Positions 39,818-56,997 of a stretch of DNA of 64,000 nucleotides are shown here, in pieces. The stretch is from the human T2T-CHM13v2.0 reference genome, Homo sapiens, in the NCBI RefSeq assembly GCF_009914755.1, contig NC_060930.1. One strand, 5' to 3'. The notes under the pieces were generated by a model. It did not search any database. It was not told the origin of the DNA and worked only from the letters and a program-made list of their open reading frames with translations. Made by a program: the position numbers and the translations under genes. Position 1 is the first letter of the stretch. The number at the start of each line of letters is the position of its first letter.

Positions 39818-40164
39818 TAGTCATGTTATTATAGGTGTCTTTGTGGTAAATCACTTTAAATCCCTTGTGGGAGAAAGTGGGATGTAAATAAAAACATTTA
39901 AAGCTTGACTTTTCCTTTCAAGAGCCTAGTATAGTGCATGGAACTTCCTGTTCTCCATAAAATATGTTTTGAGTTCTAAAACAGGCTGAGGGCGGGAGGT
40001 CAGAAAAAACTAGGTAAACCGTTATCAAATTGATTAGGACAAGGATCCAGCCAACCCCATTCATCATTTATCAAATACCTACAGTGCTACATGTTTGCCT
40101 TGCCATTTGACCATTGTGCTCAAATCCGGCAGAGTAAGGATGTCTGCTGGAGATCTCAGTACCA

Positions 40165-40282
40165 CACCTGTAAAATGGGTTAACAGTACCTACCTCACAG
40201 GCATGTTGAGGGAATGAGGTGAGATGATATATTCAGAGCACTCACCCCAGAGTCTTGCACTTGGTGAGTTTGTCAATGTTAT
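40165..40282 (+). mobile_element. MIR
   Basis: MIR core CCTGTAAAATGGG...AGTACCTACCTCACAGG. Confidence 0.7.
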
Positions 40283-40840
40283 CTTCCCTCCTCATCTCCT
40301 TCCTCAATTAGATGCTGTGACTCCCTCCTAAGATTGTATTTACTTTACAAAAGGATATAATTTGTCGAATGTGCAAATGAACTTTGTCATGCTTTGATCC
40401 AAGGGAGTTTCTAATCTTTTTGGGGGAGGTGGGAAAGGAGAGTAAGAAATGAGAGGCCGAGCTCTCCACGCGGCCCATGATAAACACCAGGCAGCTTTGT
40501 GTGGAATCATCACTTGAGGGTTTGAGTAGCAGAAACATGATGCTGGAAGACATTAGAAGAGAAAGGTCCATGGGCCACAGAAGGAGACAGGTGTGGAATG
40601 AGAATTGCCGGCAGCAGCCATCCTTAGAGAAAGAGGTAAACTCTCCCCTCTGCAGGGGGCTTGACTCTACGGCCTCAAAAACTGTGAGCTCTCCAGACAA
40701 CTTCTTCCTTGTGCATCACATCCAACTGCTGTAGCCCTTCCTCTGCCTCTGCGCTTTTCAGTCTGGACCCAGGACAACACCAACAGCAGGGCCCTGGTGC
40801 CAACCAAAGCCCATCAGGGAACTGCCCCCATAGTATCTAC

Positions 40841-41970
<1,130 letters not shown>

Positions 41971-43045
41971 CCTTTGTTACTTACTGAGGAAGATAAATAT
42001 AGAGATTTCATGCCTTATTCCACGTTCAGCTCCTACATTTGCAGTGTCACCTCCCACTAACTTACTCTCCAGTCACAGTGATATAGATATATAAGGAGTT
42101 GTCCCAAACCCACCATGCTGTACCTTTGCACATGCTGTTCACTCTTCTTTGAATGTCTTCCCAACTTTTGTATGCCTTGAAAATGTTTATTCATTCTTCA
42201 ATATCTACCTTAGACTTTAGCTTTCTCCATGAAGTCTTCCTGGGGGAAGTCTTCCATCCTCAAACCCCTACTCATTTTTTTGTGTGCCTTTTTCAGACTC
42301 TATTTTCATTCTTGCATATCAGTCTCCCTTACTACACTGTGAGTTCCTTCAATACAAAATCTCCATATTCTTTATGTTTGTATTTCCAACACTATGACTA
42401 TCCCTTTTATGTGTGGGTGTGATGAATGTTTCTGCAATTTTATATTAAAAGAAAAAAATTCATGAAGGGAATTTCCGAACTTATTGTACGCCAACAGGTT
42501 GGCAATCTACTTGTAGAATTATCCCCATCTTAGTTATTTGTTAGAATGAAAATTACACCCTTATGTGGACACTCCCAGAAAAGCTTGTAAATTTTCTCAA
42601 TTCTTTGTTTGTCTATAAGATGGCATGAAGCCATAAAATAAATTATACCTGTGAAGTATATAATATGCTGTGTAATTACAGATGTGATGCTAGTTGAACC
42701 CACTTCTCTGCAAGGGCTGTCTCTAAACAATTAGTATTTGGGGCCAGCTCTGTGGTATGTTTGATTAATACAATTTAAACAGAATAAAGCAACCAGAGTA
42801 AAACCAACCAAACTAGCTGTCATATCAAATCCATCCAGTACATATCTATTTTAAGGTCTTCTTTTACATTTTAACCAGTATGATGTATTAGTTATGCCTT
42901 TTCATTTGTGCTTCTCAGGAGGCCCATTTCATGTAGGACACTAAAGTATTTGAGGACACATTTGATTCGGAGGCAGCTTACCCTTCAGTTTAATAGTGGA
43001 TATCCCTGAAAATCAATTCCTGATCAAACTGAAGGTTTAAAATCA

Positions 43046-43362
<317 letters not shown>

Positions 43363-44349
43363 GAACAAAGAAGTTGCAGAGGTACTTGAAGAGGCTGGTA
43401 ATAAATAAGGACCATATGCTCTCTCTTTTAAACATGTACCTGTCTGAAGCTTGAACTTAAGCTTCATTAGTATTCCATGGATGTAATTTTTTTCCTCCTT
43501 AAATTACCTGCTTATGCTCCTTTCTCCATCTCACAGAGAAGTGAGATTTTCTATAGTTCAACAAGCATAGTTTGAATATCTACTATGTGCCAAGCACTAA
43601 GAGGCACAGGATCTCAATGCTCATGCCACTCTGGGTCCTAAATCCTGTAGCACTCTGGAGCCAGTGCCCTGGGGGTGCAAAGGCTGCGGGATTCTGGTAC
43701 AGCTATAAATGCCTGAACATCCCCAGGAGGAGAGTTTTAAGTTGAATCTTTGTGTGCAGATAACATGACTATATGGAGCTTTCTCTTAAGATAACATAAT
43801 TCATAATGCCACAAAATAGGAAACGGACATATTTTATCCAAAAAAGTAAATTAAAAGGGCTATCTATGCAAGACATAATGTCTTCCCCCCATCCGCCTTT
43901 TTTTTCTGCAGAAGAGAGGCTGGAAGATCAACAATTTTCTAGCCAAGCCAGCTTCAGACATTTGTCAGCTGAGGTCATTCTTTATATTCCCATATTTGAT
44001 ATAAGACTTCAACATGGCAAAGTAAGTGCCACCAGAATTATAAAACTTTGGCATAGAAAGTGACATTGGAGAGCATTATCTTGGCATCTTGGGGTGGCCC
44101 AGAGGGCCTCGGGGTTAGCTTCCTAATTCCAAGGGTGAATCTTGCAACTCCTGTATTCACTGGAGCGAATCTCTCCTACCTATGATTTTTGTGGATTTCG
44201 ATATATTTTGGTGTCTAACACAAAACATCCTCTGAATAAAAGGCTCATCATTACCATTCACTCTTTGAAAAAATATCCCATTCCAAAGAGTACCATAACC
44301 ATGTTGCACCTTGCAACCATCTCTTCCTCGTATCTGCCAATGCTCCTTT

Positions 44350-45905
44350 TATTTTATTTTTTGGAAATTTTTTTTTATTGTAGTAAAATACATATATACA
44401 ATAGAATTTTCCATTTTAACCAAAGTGTACAATTAAGTGCTGCTAAGTACGTTCACAATGTTGTACAACTATCAACACTATCTATTTCTCAAACTTTTTC
44501 ACTACCCAAAACAGAAACTCTGGAAGCATTAAGCAATAACTCCCCATTCTCCCCTTTCTTCAGCCCCTGGTAATCTATATTACACTTTCTGTGTCTATAA
44601 ACTTTCCTATTATAGATATTTCATATAAATGGAACCACACAATATTTGTCTTTTTGTGTCGAGCTTATTTTAGTTGGTATAATGTTTTTAAGTTTCATCC
44701 ATATTGTAGCATGGATCAGAACTTCATTCCTTTGGCTGAATAATATTTCATTGTATGGATATACCACATATTGTTAATTGATTCATGTGCTGATAGACAT
44801 GGGTTGTTTCCAGCTTTTGGCTATTGTGATTAATGCCATAACAAACATTGACATATACATATCTGTTTCAGTCCCTGTTTTCAATTCTTTAGGAGTGGAA
44901 TTGCTGGGTCATGTGGTAATTCAATGTTAGATGTTTGGAAAAATGTCAAACTGTTTTCCACAGTGGCTGCACCATTTTCCATTCCCACTAGCAATGTACC
45001 ACATTCCAATTTCTCCATATCATCACCAACACTTGTAATTCTCTGCATGCTTACTTATGTATATGAGATAAACATCCCAATGGGTGTGAAGTGGTATCTC
45101 ATTGTGGTTTTGGTTTGCATTTGCTTAATGGCTAATGATGTTGAACATCTTTTTATGTGCTTGGTGCCATTTGTCTCTCTTCTCTGGGGAAATGTCTCCT
45201 CCATCCTTTTGCCCATTTCTTAAATTGGGTTGTTTGTCTTATTGTTGTTAGGAGTTCTTTATATATTCTGGATATTAAACCCTTATGAGATATATGGTTT
45301 GCAAATGTTTTCTATTCCATTGGTTGTCTTTTCACTTTCTTGATAATGTCCTTTGGTGCACAAAAGTTTTTAATTTTTAAGTGCAATTTATGTTTTCTTT
45401 TGTTGCTTGTGGTTTGGTGTCATATCTAAGAATTCGTTGCTAATAAATCCAAGGTAATGATTGATTAGTGTTTTCTTCTAAGAGTTTTATGGATTTAGCT
45501 CTTATATTTAGGTCATTGATCCATTTGAGTTAATTTTTGCTTATGGTGTAAGATAGGGATTCAACTTCATTCTTTTGCATATGAAAGTCCAGTTTTCCCA
45601 GCACTATTTGTTGAAAAGACTTTTCTTTCCCCCATTGAATGGACTTGGCACCCTCATTGAAAATCATTTGAGCATAGACACACAGGTTTATTTCTATACT
45701 CTCAATTCTATTCCATTAGTCCATAAGTTTATCCTTAGGCCAGTGCCACACTGTTTTGATTATTATATCTTTGTAGCAAGTTTTGAAATTGGGATGTGTG
45801 AGTCTTCCAACTTTGTTTTTCTGTCTCGAGATTCTTTTGGCCCTTTGGGTACTCTTGCAATTCCATATGAATTTGAGGACCACCATTTACATTTCTGCAA
45901 AAAAT
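44350..45905 (-). mobile_element. L1MB-type element, 3' 1.5 kb
   Basis: Continuous antisense L1 3' UTR and ORF2 end (GGAATTGCTGGGTCAT, GTGAAGTGGTATCTCATTGTGG, CCCAGCACTATTTGTTGAAAAGAC). Confidence 0.88.
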
Positions 45906-47386
45906 ACCTCCAACTGTTCTTTGTCCTCTTCCCATAAAGAGCATTCGAACAACTGCCTCCTTCCCCAAAGGCCACCCCGGCTCCAGCTCTCTCAGGCTCT
46001 CTGTGTGATTCTTATCACTGGTTTTGGTCCTATCTGCCTCCCAGGACAAGGTAATCATCTCCTTAGGTGCAGACTTCCAAAAGCCTGGTCTGCTCAACTC
46101 CTTTATCAACAAGCTCCTTTTGGAGGCCTAAGAACCCTTTCTGATATGGGGCTAATGGTTTTTTGAGCTGCATTAAGAGAATAAGGGGAGAGATAGTGGG
46201 GTTGGGACTTAAGGGCTATTTCTATGGAGTGGAATAAATATGATTGCATTCTATCTCTGACCTTTTTGCCAACCTACCCCATTCCCTGGGCCAAGGGAAA
46301 AATCCTACATGGACCTATGGGGTGTTAGCTATCATCTTAGCATGAATTTGCTGAGCCCCTAATATGTACTGGGTTGGGCAGTGTAACCATCAGTACACAA
46401 GAAGCCCTAAATTCATAACCTCAAGGAGTTTACCATCTCCTGGGGGAGTTTGCATGACATATGAATGTTCCAAATATCTAAAGCATGTGCATGATACATT
46501 ATTCAATATCATGATGCGTTTTCTGATATAGACAATACATGTGATTGAGGTTCAGCTGAGGGAGAGTGTCATGTGAGCTGCAGTCATCAGAGAGCTGCAT
46601 GGAGAAGGCAGTATACAAACCGGGATGGATTTCCAGAGGTACGGAAGAGAGGACATTCTAGTAGGTGCAAGAAGTGTGATGAAAGGAGATGAAAACAAAA
46701 TCCAAGACATAATGGGGATTTAATGCCTCTGTGAACCAGTAAGAATCTCAGTTTGAGTGTAAACTACTCATATGAGAGAAGAGAAAGGACCCACTTGCAG
46801 AGCCAGGGTGGAGCCAAATTGAGAAGGTCTTGAGTCAAGAGGAGTTGTCTGGAACTGTGGTGTTCTGGGACTTAGGAGCTCATCCTATCCAGCTCTGGCA
46901 GCCACTGCCTTTCCAGTTTCTATAGGACTCATTGTTCTCAAGGTGAAGGTGAAATGTGGCTCTCACGGACACATCAGCAGGTGAAGGAGTTTGGAAAAAC
47001 TGCCAGGCACACCCGTCTGTATCCAGCTTTTATCCAGGCCACCACCCTGGTCAAGGCCCTTGTCACCTCATACCTGGAATGACTGACTAGTCTCTCATCT
47101 GATCTCCCTGCCCTCAGGCTCAACTGTGCTCCAAACCCCAGGACAAATGAACACCAGTTAAATGTGCCTGCAACAATGTCAATGGCATGTTGTTCCTTTG
47201 CTCAAGAGCATCCTACAGCTAGGCTGTGGACTTCTGTCTCTGGATCTCAAGGCTCTCCTTGATCTTGTCTGCTTTTAGTGTCCCACCAACCTCCCACTGC
47301 ACCTGCAAACAAAGCAATCCCATTTGCCTCATTCGTTCAGCTTTTCAACTATTTTCTGACCATCTACTACACCTCAGGCATAGGTA

Positions 47387-47779
47387 CCGTTGTGAGCCGA
47401 ACGAGTCTCCCTTAAATTTGTATGTTGAAGTCCTAACCCCTAGTATCTCAGAATGTGACTATATTTGCAGACAGAGTTTTTAAAGAGGTTATTAAGTTAA
47501 AAATGAGGTTACATGGATGGTCCCTAATCCAATATGACTGGTGTCCTTCTAAGAGGAGGAGATGAGGACACAGACACATACACACAGAGAAGACCACGTG
47601 AAGACAGAGGGAGAAAAATGACATCTACAAGCCAAGGAGAGAGGCCTCAAGAGAAACCAACCTTTCTGACACCTTGATCTTGGACTTCCAGCCTCCAGAA
47701 CTCTGAGGAAATAAATCTTTGTTGTTTAAGCCCCGCAGGCTGTGGTACTTTGTTATGGCAGCTCTAGCTGATGAAGACA
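47387..47779 (+). mobile_element. MaLR LTR, MLT1B-like
   Basis: GTTGAAGTCCTAACCCC...CCTAATCCAATATGACTGGTGTCC...GGACTTCCAGCCTCCAGAACT...GTACTTTGTTATGGCAGC. Confidence 0.85.
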
Positions 47780-47984
47780 GACTACTTTGCCAGGCCACCC
47801 TCAATAGCAGCATTTATGTGCACTGCACACGCCATTTTCTTACGGAAATAATGAGATGATTATGCACATATTCTGCAACTAACTTTTTTAATGTAGCAAT
47901 ATTCATAAGCATCTTCCACGTCAGTACTTACAAATCTGCATTCTTTTTAGTATGTGCACAGTATTCCATGTTCTTCCCTCAGTC

Positions 47985-48283
<299 letters not shown>

Positions 48284-49129
48284 CCATCAGTCTTTTTAAT
48301 AGCAAAATTCCCATGACATCAATTTTATTAAAACTTCTGGAACCTATAGCATGACTGAATCTTTTTTATTCAAAGCTCTATGTTGCCTTCAGAATGTGAA
48401 GCTGGATTAGAATGCCAACTTTCTATGAAAAGGACCATAGACACCCCCTTCTAGAACTCCCGTATTTTAGAGATGCAAAGACAAAGGGCCAAAGAATTTC
48501 ATTACTTTCTCAAGGTAATTTCAATGGTAAATACTGAACCCAGGGGAAGAGGCCACACCTTCAGGGTTATTCGCACTGTATCACAGTGCCACTGAGATGG
48601 AGAGACCATGAGTACCTTTCCTGGGATTGCTATGCCAGGTTCTATTCCTTAGCCCATTTAAGCATTGCTTTTTATTAACGTGGAACAAAAAAAACCCATA
48701 GAATTAAGTGTGACCCTAGAGTCAGCTGGTCTACCCTCATCTTATAAATAAGAACACAGAGGACCGGAGTTCCCTAGGGAGGGTTTTGAGGTTGATCGAT
48801 ATTTCCTATAAATGAAATCATACAATACATGTCTGGCTTTTAAAAAAATTTAAATCTGATTTTGTTCATTTTAGACTTCAGTCCCTCCAAGAGCTTCCTA
48901 TTACACTTGCAATGAAGCACACACTCCTCCAGGCTCCAGGACTGATCTGGGTCCTGCGTCTCAGCCTGTTGTCTCCTCTGCCCACCACGCTTTTTCATAC
49001 ATCCTCCTTGCTGTTCTTTAAACCACAAAATATTTATTGAGAAGCTATTTCATGTAAGACCCACTGGCAGATATTACAGGAAATATGAGTCAGATTTAAC
49101 CATGGTCTTTTTAAAATGTTTTATTAAAA

Positions 49130-49273
49130 AATTTTTTAATTAAAAAAAATTGTTGTAGAGACGGGGTCTCACTTTGTTGTCCAGGCTGGTCTCAAACTCC
49201 TGGGCTCGAGTGAACCTCCTTCCTTGGCCTCCCAAAGTGCTGGGATTACAGGTGCGAGCGCCACTGTGCCCAG
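49130..49273 (-). mobile_element. FLAM / Alu left monomer
   Basis: Single antisense left monomer. Confidence 0.8.
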
Positions 49274-50104
49274 CAAACCCTGGTCTTAAATGAGCTTTAT
49301 ATGTATTTCTCTAGATAGATAGACAGATAGAAAGACAGAATGGGCTGGGGTTCATTCTTTTCTTCAATTACTTAGTAAAAAAATTATTATCTGTCTATAC
49401 ATTTTAAGTCCACAGCTAAGCACAGTGGACACAAGGCAAGGGCCCGGAGACCAACAGGGAGGACAGCCTGGCACATCACTCATAAGAATGGCATGCACTG
49501 AGTCCTGAGAACAATCAGAACAGTGAAGAGGGCTCTCTCATCAGCCTAGGAGGGTCAGGGGGCCTCTCAGAGGAGGTGACAGTTGAGTTGTGTCTTGGAG
49601 TGACACGGAGTTAGTAAATGTGGGAAGTAGAGAGTAAGGTGGAGGTGGGCCAGGGAGGAGGGGAGGGAGTGAGAACTGCCTGTGTGAGGCTCGAGTACGT
49701 GGAAGGACGTGTGGAAGGGCGTGCCGCACGGGAGAACTGGGCACACTTCTGTCCTGGTAAAGGGGGCATGTCAGAGCAGTGGGTGGAGCAACCAGGGGAA
49801 GCTGGGCTGCCGCGTGAACAGAGCTAAAAAACCATCCCCCACCGCAATTTTATTCTAAGCACGTTCTATTTTATTTGATTAGCATTAAAAGAAAAATTAT
49901 TTGTAGAATTTTATGTCTTTTATAGAACTCATTGGTGGTGTAGTGGGCACTGGATTTTATTTGTGTGTTGTGGCAGCCAGGGGCTAGTTAGGAATTTATT
50001 TTATTAACTCACGCAAAAAGAGTTTTAAATTTATAATTTTATTAGTACTTGTTATACATGGTAATTTCTCTCTCTCTCTCTCTCTGGATCAGGGATATAT
50101 ATAT

Positions 50105-52850
50105 ATATCCTGATCGAAAAATCTGAAACCTAAAATGCTCCAAAATTCAAAATGTATTGAGCACCCAAGACATCACAGGTAGAAAATTCCACAACAAACC
50201 TTATGAGACAGGTCACAGTCAAAACTTTGTTTCATGCACAAAATTAAAAATATTGTACAAAGTTACCTTCAGACTATGTATATAAGGTGTATATGAAACA
50301 TAAATGAATTTCCTTTTTTGATTTGGGTCTGATTCCCAACATATCTTGTTCTATACAGGCATACCTCGAGGATATTGTGGGTTTCGTTCCAGACCACCAC
50401 AATAAAGCAAATGTAGCAATTAAAGTGAGGTACAAATATTTTGGTTTCACAGTTCATATAAAAGTTATGTCTATACTATATTGTTGTCTATTAAGTATGC
50501 AATAGCATTATGTCTAAAAAAGGTATATGCCTTAATTTTAAAATGGTTTACTGCTAAAAATGCTAAAAATCATCTGAGCCTTCAGTGAGTCATAATCTTT
50601 TTGCTGGTGCAGGGTCTTTTGTCAATGTTGGTGGCTGCTGACTGATCAGGGCGGTGGCTACTGGAGGTTGGGGTGGCTGTGGCAATTTCTTAAAATGAGA
50701 CACAATGAAATTTGCCACACCAATGGACTCTTCTTTTCACAAAAGATTTCTCTAGCAGATGTTGCTGTTTGATAGCATTTTACCTACAGTAGAACTTCTT
50801 TCAAAATTGGAGTCAAGCCTCTTAAACCTGCCACTGCTTTATCAACTAAGTTTATGTAATGGTCTAAATCCTGTGTTCTCATCCCTACAGTGTTCATGGT
50901 ACCTTCACCAGAAGCAGATTCCATCTCCAGAAACCACTTTATTTGCTCATCCATAAAAAGCAGCTCCTTATCTGTTCAAGTTTTCTCATGAGATTGCAAC
51001 AATTCAATCACATCTTCAGGTTCCACTTCTAATTCTAGTTCTCTTGCTATTTCCACCACATCTGCAGTGACTTCCTCCACTGAAGTCTTGAATCCCTCAA
51101 AGTAATCCATGAGGGTTGGAATCAACTTCTTCCAAACTGCTGTTAATGTTATATTTTGGCCTCTTCCCATGAACTACAAATGTTCTTAATGGCATCTAGA
51201 ATGGTGAATCCTTTCCAGAAGGTTTTCAATTTGCTATGCCCTCATCTATCCAAGGAATCATTGTCTGTGGGAACTATAGCTTTATGAAATGTATTTCTTA
51301 AATATTAAGACTTGAAAGTTGAAATTATTAAGTCTTAAATATTAAGACTTGAAAGTTGAAAATTGCAGCTCCTTGATCCATGAGCTGCAGAATGAATGTT
51401 GTGTTAGCAGGCATGAAAACTACATTCATCTCCTTGTACATCTCCATCAGGGTTATTGGGTGACTAGGTGCATTGTCACTGAGCAGTCATATTTTGAAAA
51501 GAATCTTTTGTTCTGAACAATGGGTCTCAACAGTGGGCTTAATATATTTAGTAAACCATGCTATGCTGTAAGCAGATGTGCTGTCACCTAGGCTTTGTCA
51601 TTCCATGTATAGAGCACAGGCAGAGTAGATTTAGCTTCATTCTTAACAGCCCTAGGATTATTGAAATGGTAAATCAGCATTGGCTTCAACTTAAAGTCAC
51701 CAGGTGCATTAGTCCCTAACAAGAGAGGCAGCCTGCCCTTTGAAGCTTTGAAGCCAGGCATTGACTTCCTCTATTCTAGCTATGAAAGTCCTAGATGGCA
51801 TCTTCTTCCACAGAAGGCTGTTTTGTCTAAATTGAAAATCCATTTAAATCATCAATGCTATTAGCTAGATCTTCTGGATAACTTGCTGCAGCTTCTCCAT
51901 CAGCACTTGTTGCTTCACCTTGCATTTCTATGTTATGAAAATGACTGTGCTTCTTAAGCCTCATGAACCAACCTCTCGTAACTTCAAACTTTTCTTCTGC
52001 AGCTTCCTCATCTTTCTCAGCCTTCACAGAATTGAAGAGAGTTAGGGCCTTGCTCTGGATTAGTTTTGGCTTAAGGGAATGTTGTGGCTGGTTTGATCTT
52101 CTATCCACACCACTCAAACTTTCTCCATATCAGCAAAAGGCTGTTCGCTTTCTTATCATTCATGGCTCTCTGGAGTAGCACTTTTAATTTTCTTCAAGAA
52201 CTTTCCTTTGCATTCACAACTTGACTAACTCTCTGGTGCAAGAGCCCACCTTAGCTTTTGACATGCCTTCCTCACCAAGCTTCACCATTACCAGCCTCTG
52301 CTTTAAGGTGAGAGACTTGCACACTTCCTTTCACTTGAACACTTAAGAGGCCATTGTCAGGTTATTAACTGGCCTAATTTCAATATTGTTGTGTCTCAGG
52401 GAATAGGGAGGCCTGAGGAGAGGGAGAAAGATGTGGGAAAGGCCGGGTGGTGGAGCACAGAACCCGCAAAACATTTATCAATGAAGTTCACTGTCTTATA
52501 TGGGCGTGGCTTGTGGTGCCCCAAAACAATCACAATAGTGACATCAAAGGTCACCGGTCACAGATCACCAGAGCAGATATAATAATAATGAAAAACTTTG
52601 AAATATTGCAAAAATTACCAAAATGTGACAGAGGAATGAAGTGAGCATATGCTGTTGGAAAAATGGCGCTGATAGACTTGCTTGACACAGGGTTGGCCAC
52701 AAACCTTCAATCTGTAAAACATTCAATATCTGCGAAGCATAAAAAAGCAAATTGCAATAAAATGAGGTATGCCTGTATATACAAATGTTCCAGAATCTGA
52801 AAAAATCCAAAGTTCAAAACATATCTAGTCCCAGGCATTTCAGATAAGGG

Positions 52851-52856
<6 letters not shown>
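50105..52856. mobile_element. Tigger4b/MER46B-like MITE split by Tigger1
   Basis: Halves at 50105-50355 (AAAATCTGAAA...AATGCTCCAAAAT) and 52776-52856 (GTCCCAGGCATTTCAGATAAGGGATACTC). Confidence 0.7.
50356..52775 (-). mobile_element. Full-length Tigger1 DNA transposon (disrupted transposase)
   Basis: TIRs CAGGCATACCTC / GAGGTATGCCTG; TA TSD; 2420 bp; pogo-like transposase fragments on the minus strand ([16 protein letters not shown]...[15 protein letters not shown]; [38 protein letters not shown]). Confidence 0.95.

Positions 52857-52902
<46 letters not shown>
52857..52902 (+). repeat. (TG)23 microsatellite
   Basis: Perfect TG run. Confidence 0.95.
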
Positions 52903-52905
<3 letters not shown>

Positions 52906-52919
52906 TTTGAGAGTGTTGT

Positions 52920-53195
52920 TTATTTTTATTTTGTAAATACAAGGTCTTGCTCTGTCACCCAGGCTGGAGATCAGTAGCATGATCACATTTCACTGCTGCT
53001 TTGAACTCTGACTCAAGGAATTCTCCCTCCTACCTCAGCCTCCCAAGTAGGTAGGACTCCCAAGTAGTTAGCTCCCAAATTAGCCATGCCTGGCTAATTT
53101 ATTTTATTTTTTCTAAAGACAAGGTCTGTCTATGTTGCCGAGGTTGATCTCGAACTTCTGGCTTCAAGTGATCCTCCCTCCTCAGCTCCCCAAGT
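52920..53195 (-). mobile_element. AluJ
   Basis: Diverged antisense Alu with an internal CTCCCAAGTAG reiteration. Confidence 0.85.
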
Positions 53196-53652
53196 GTGTG
53201 TGGTTTTTTAAATCCCCTTTTGCGGGTGAGGCAATTGAGGAAAGGCTGAGGACACACAGGTAGTGGGTGAGCAGGAAGGGGCTGCCTACCTCAGGGACAC
53301 ATGGGAAGTCCTGCCCCAGCTCCCTGGATGAGTGTGGCCTGAGCCAAGGGAGGGAAAGGAAGGCTGAACAGAAGGGGGTAAAAAGTGGGGCGATTTAAGG
53401 AGCAGACTTGGGAGCACTGGAGTGCAGGGGGAGGGAGAGGAAGGAACCTAGAACAATTTCTAAGTTTGTGTCATGGACAACTGAGAGATCATGGCATTCC
53501 CAGAGGTGGGGGGAAAGGAAGAAGGCGCAGGTGAAAGAAAACAAGCCCAGGCATTGCTGTGGAACATGGCAGAAGAGGACACGTGCCCCAGACCAGGAGC
53601 ATGGTGCCGTGAGCGGGTACCAGGAAAGGCCCCGAGGGTGCTGTGTCTTTTA

Positions 53653-54800
<1,148 letters not shown>

Positions 54801-54822
54801 ATCACCTTAAAACCCAGGACCC

Positions 54823-55456
<634 letters not shown>

Positions 55457-56457
55457 CTATTTAGCAAGCTGCTGCTGCTTTAGTATTTTGGCCAAGAGTA
55501 GATACAACCCTTTCCCTCTTTTTCCCCTCTTACTGTTAGATGCTGGAACTTTCAAAGACTTTTCTAAGTATTGCCAACAGAGAGCAAAAGAATACAGTAA
55601 ACATCAGATCTGCAGGCTATACAGTTCTCATTGCCAGCACAGCCATGGTACTCTATGGGGCTCGTGGGTTTCCCTCCAAAAGGGAGCAGAGTTCCTCACA
55701 CCCCAGCCCGAAGTTGGTATGGCCCCTTGGAGTTCTTGGCTGGGCTCCCTGCTTCAGGGGGTGGCTTCCACTCGCTGGCCTCTTTCTGCTCCCATCACAT
55801 AGGGGCCCCTGTTCTGACAACTGGCATTTGCATCTGGGCAAGACGGCAGCCTGTCCAGGCCTGGCCTCCCTCTTCCTTTGCCCAGCATGAATGACCCCTT
55901 GTCCTGGTCAGGGACACCAGGAATCCTGTCACTCTTCCCAGGAGACAGTGACTACAAGCAGGGCCAAGAGCCCAGTGATAGGCTAAAGAGCTACCAGCAC
56001 TGCAGTGTGTAACGGACCGAGTCATGCGGTGCAGCTGGGGCATGCGGGAAAGGAGGCAGTGCTCTCCCTTGGAGCCAGGTGTAGCAAACACTGCCGCGGT
56101 GGAGGAGGCTGGGACTGAGATGAGCCTCTAGGAAAGGACGAGAAGGACGCTGGTGGCTTTCGGCAGAGCTCACTCATCGTAGGGCAGGTTGGACCAGACA
56201 AACTGCAGACGGTTATAGCGTGAGTGTGGAGGCTGTGGCGTGGACAGCCCCACTGGAGAGACCTGGCCCATTCCTCCCTTCTCCTGCATCCCATGCAACC
56301 TGGCCACTCCAGCTCCTGTTCAGGTCTCACTAGTCCAGGTGATTCAACCACATGGAAGCAGAGGCCCCATCATTCCCCACAGGCTCGCTGCCCTCTGTGG
56401 GGTGGGGCTGTCCCTTTACCTTTCCGAGAGTCAGCTCTTGTGGCTGCACCCTCTGAC

Positions 56458-56645
56458 TTAGGTTTGGGGTGTATCCTGGCAATTTAAAGAATCACCCAGT
56501 GTTGCAACCATAGAATTGTGGCATTTTAGGGCTGAAACGGATTTCACATATACAATGTCATAGAACTTCAGAATTTAAATAACATGTGGTATTGATCCTA
56601 TCTGGTGTTGTCCTGGAACTGGTTCATACTGGCTCCCCAGAGCCA
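56458..56645 (-). repeat. Left arm of a small inverted duplication
   Basis: 56458-56583 is the reverse complement of 58197-58322 (124/126); 56628-56645 is the reverse complement of 58181-58198 (17/18). Confidence 0.95.
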
Positions 56646-56731
56646 CCCTAAGAAGGTGGAATGCACCCTCTAACTAGAGTTTCCATCTCTTCCATCCATC
56701 CTTTCCTTGCCTTGCCTGTCTTACACTTTAA

Positions 56732-56997
56732 TTTTTTTTTTCTTTTGGTGACAGTCTCGCTCTGTTGTCCAGGCTGGAGTGCTATGGCTCAATCGGGGCT
56801 CCAGTGATCCTTCTGCCTCAGCCTCCCCAGTAGCTGAGACTACAGGCTTGAGCCACCACACCTGGCTAGCCTTCAAGTTTTTTGTAGAGATGGGGTCTTA
56901 CTATGGTGCCCAGGCTGGCCCTCAAACTCCTGGCCTTAAGTGATTCTCCTGCCTTGGCCTCCCAAAGTTCTGGGATTCCAGGCGTGAGCCGCCATGC
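56732..56997 (-). mobile_element. AluJ
   Basis: Antisense diverged Alu. Confidence 0.88.

Noticed and set aside
40645-40665. CTCF-like motif TCTGCAGGGGGCTT (similar weak matches at 25985 and 55795)
   Set aside because: Partial matches only; not supportable without a PWM scan or ChIP data.
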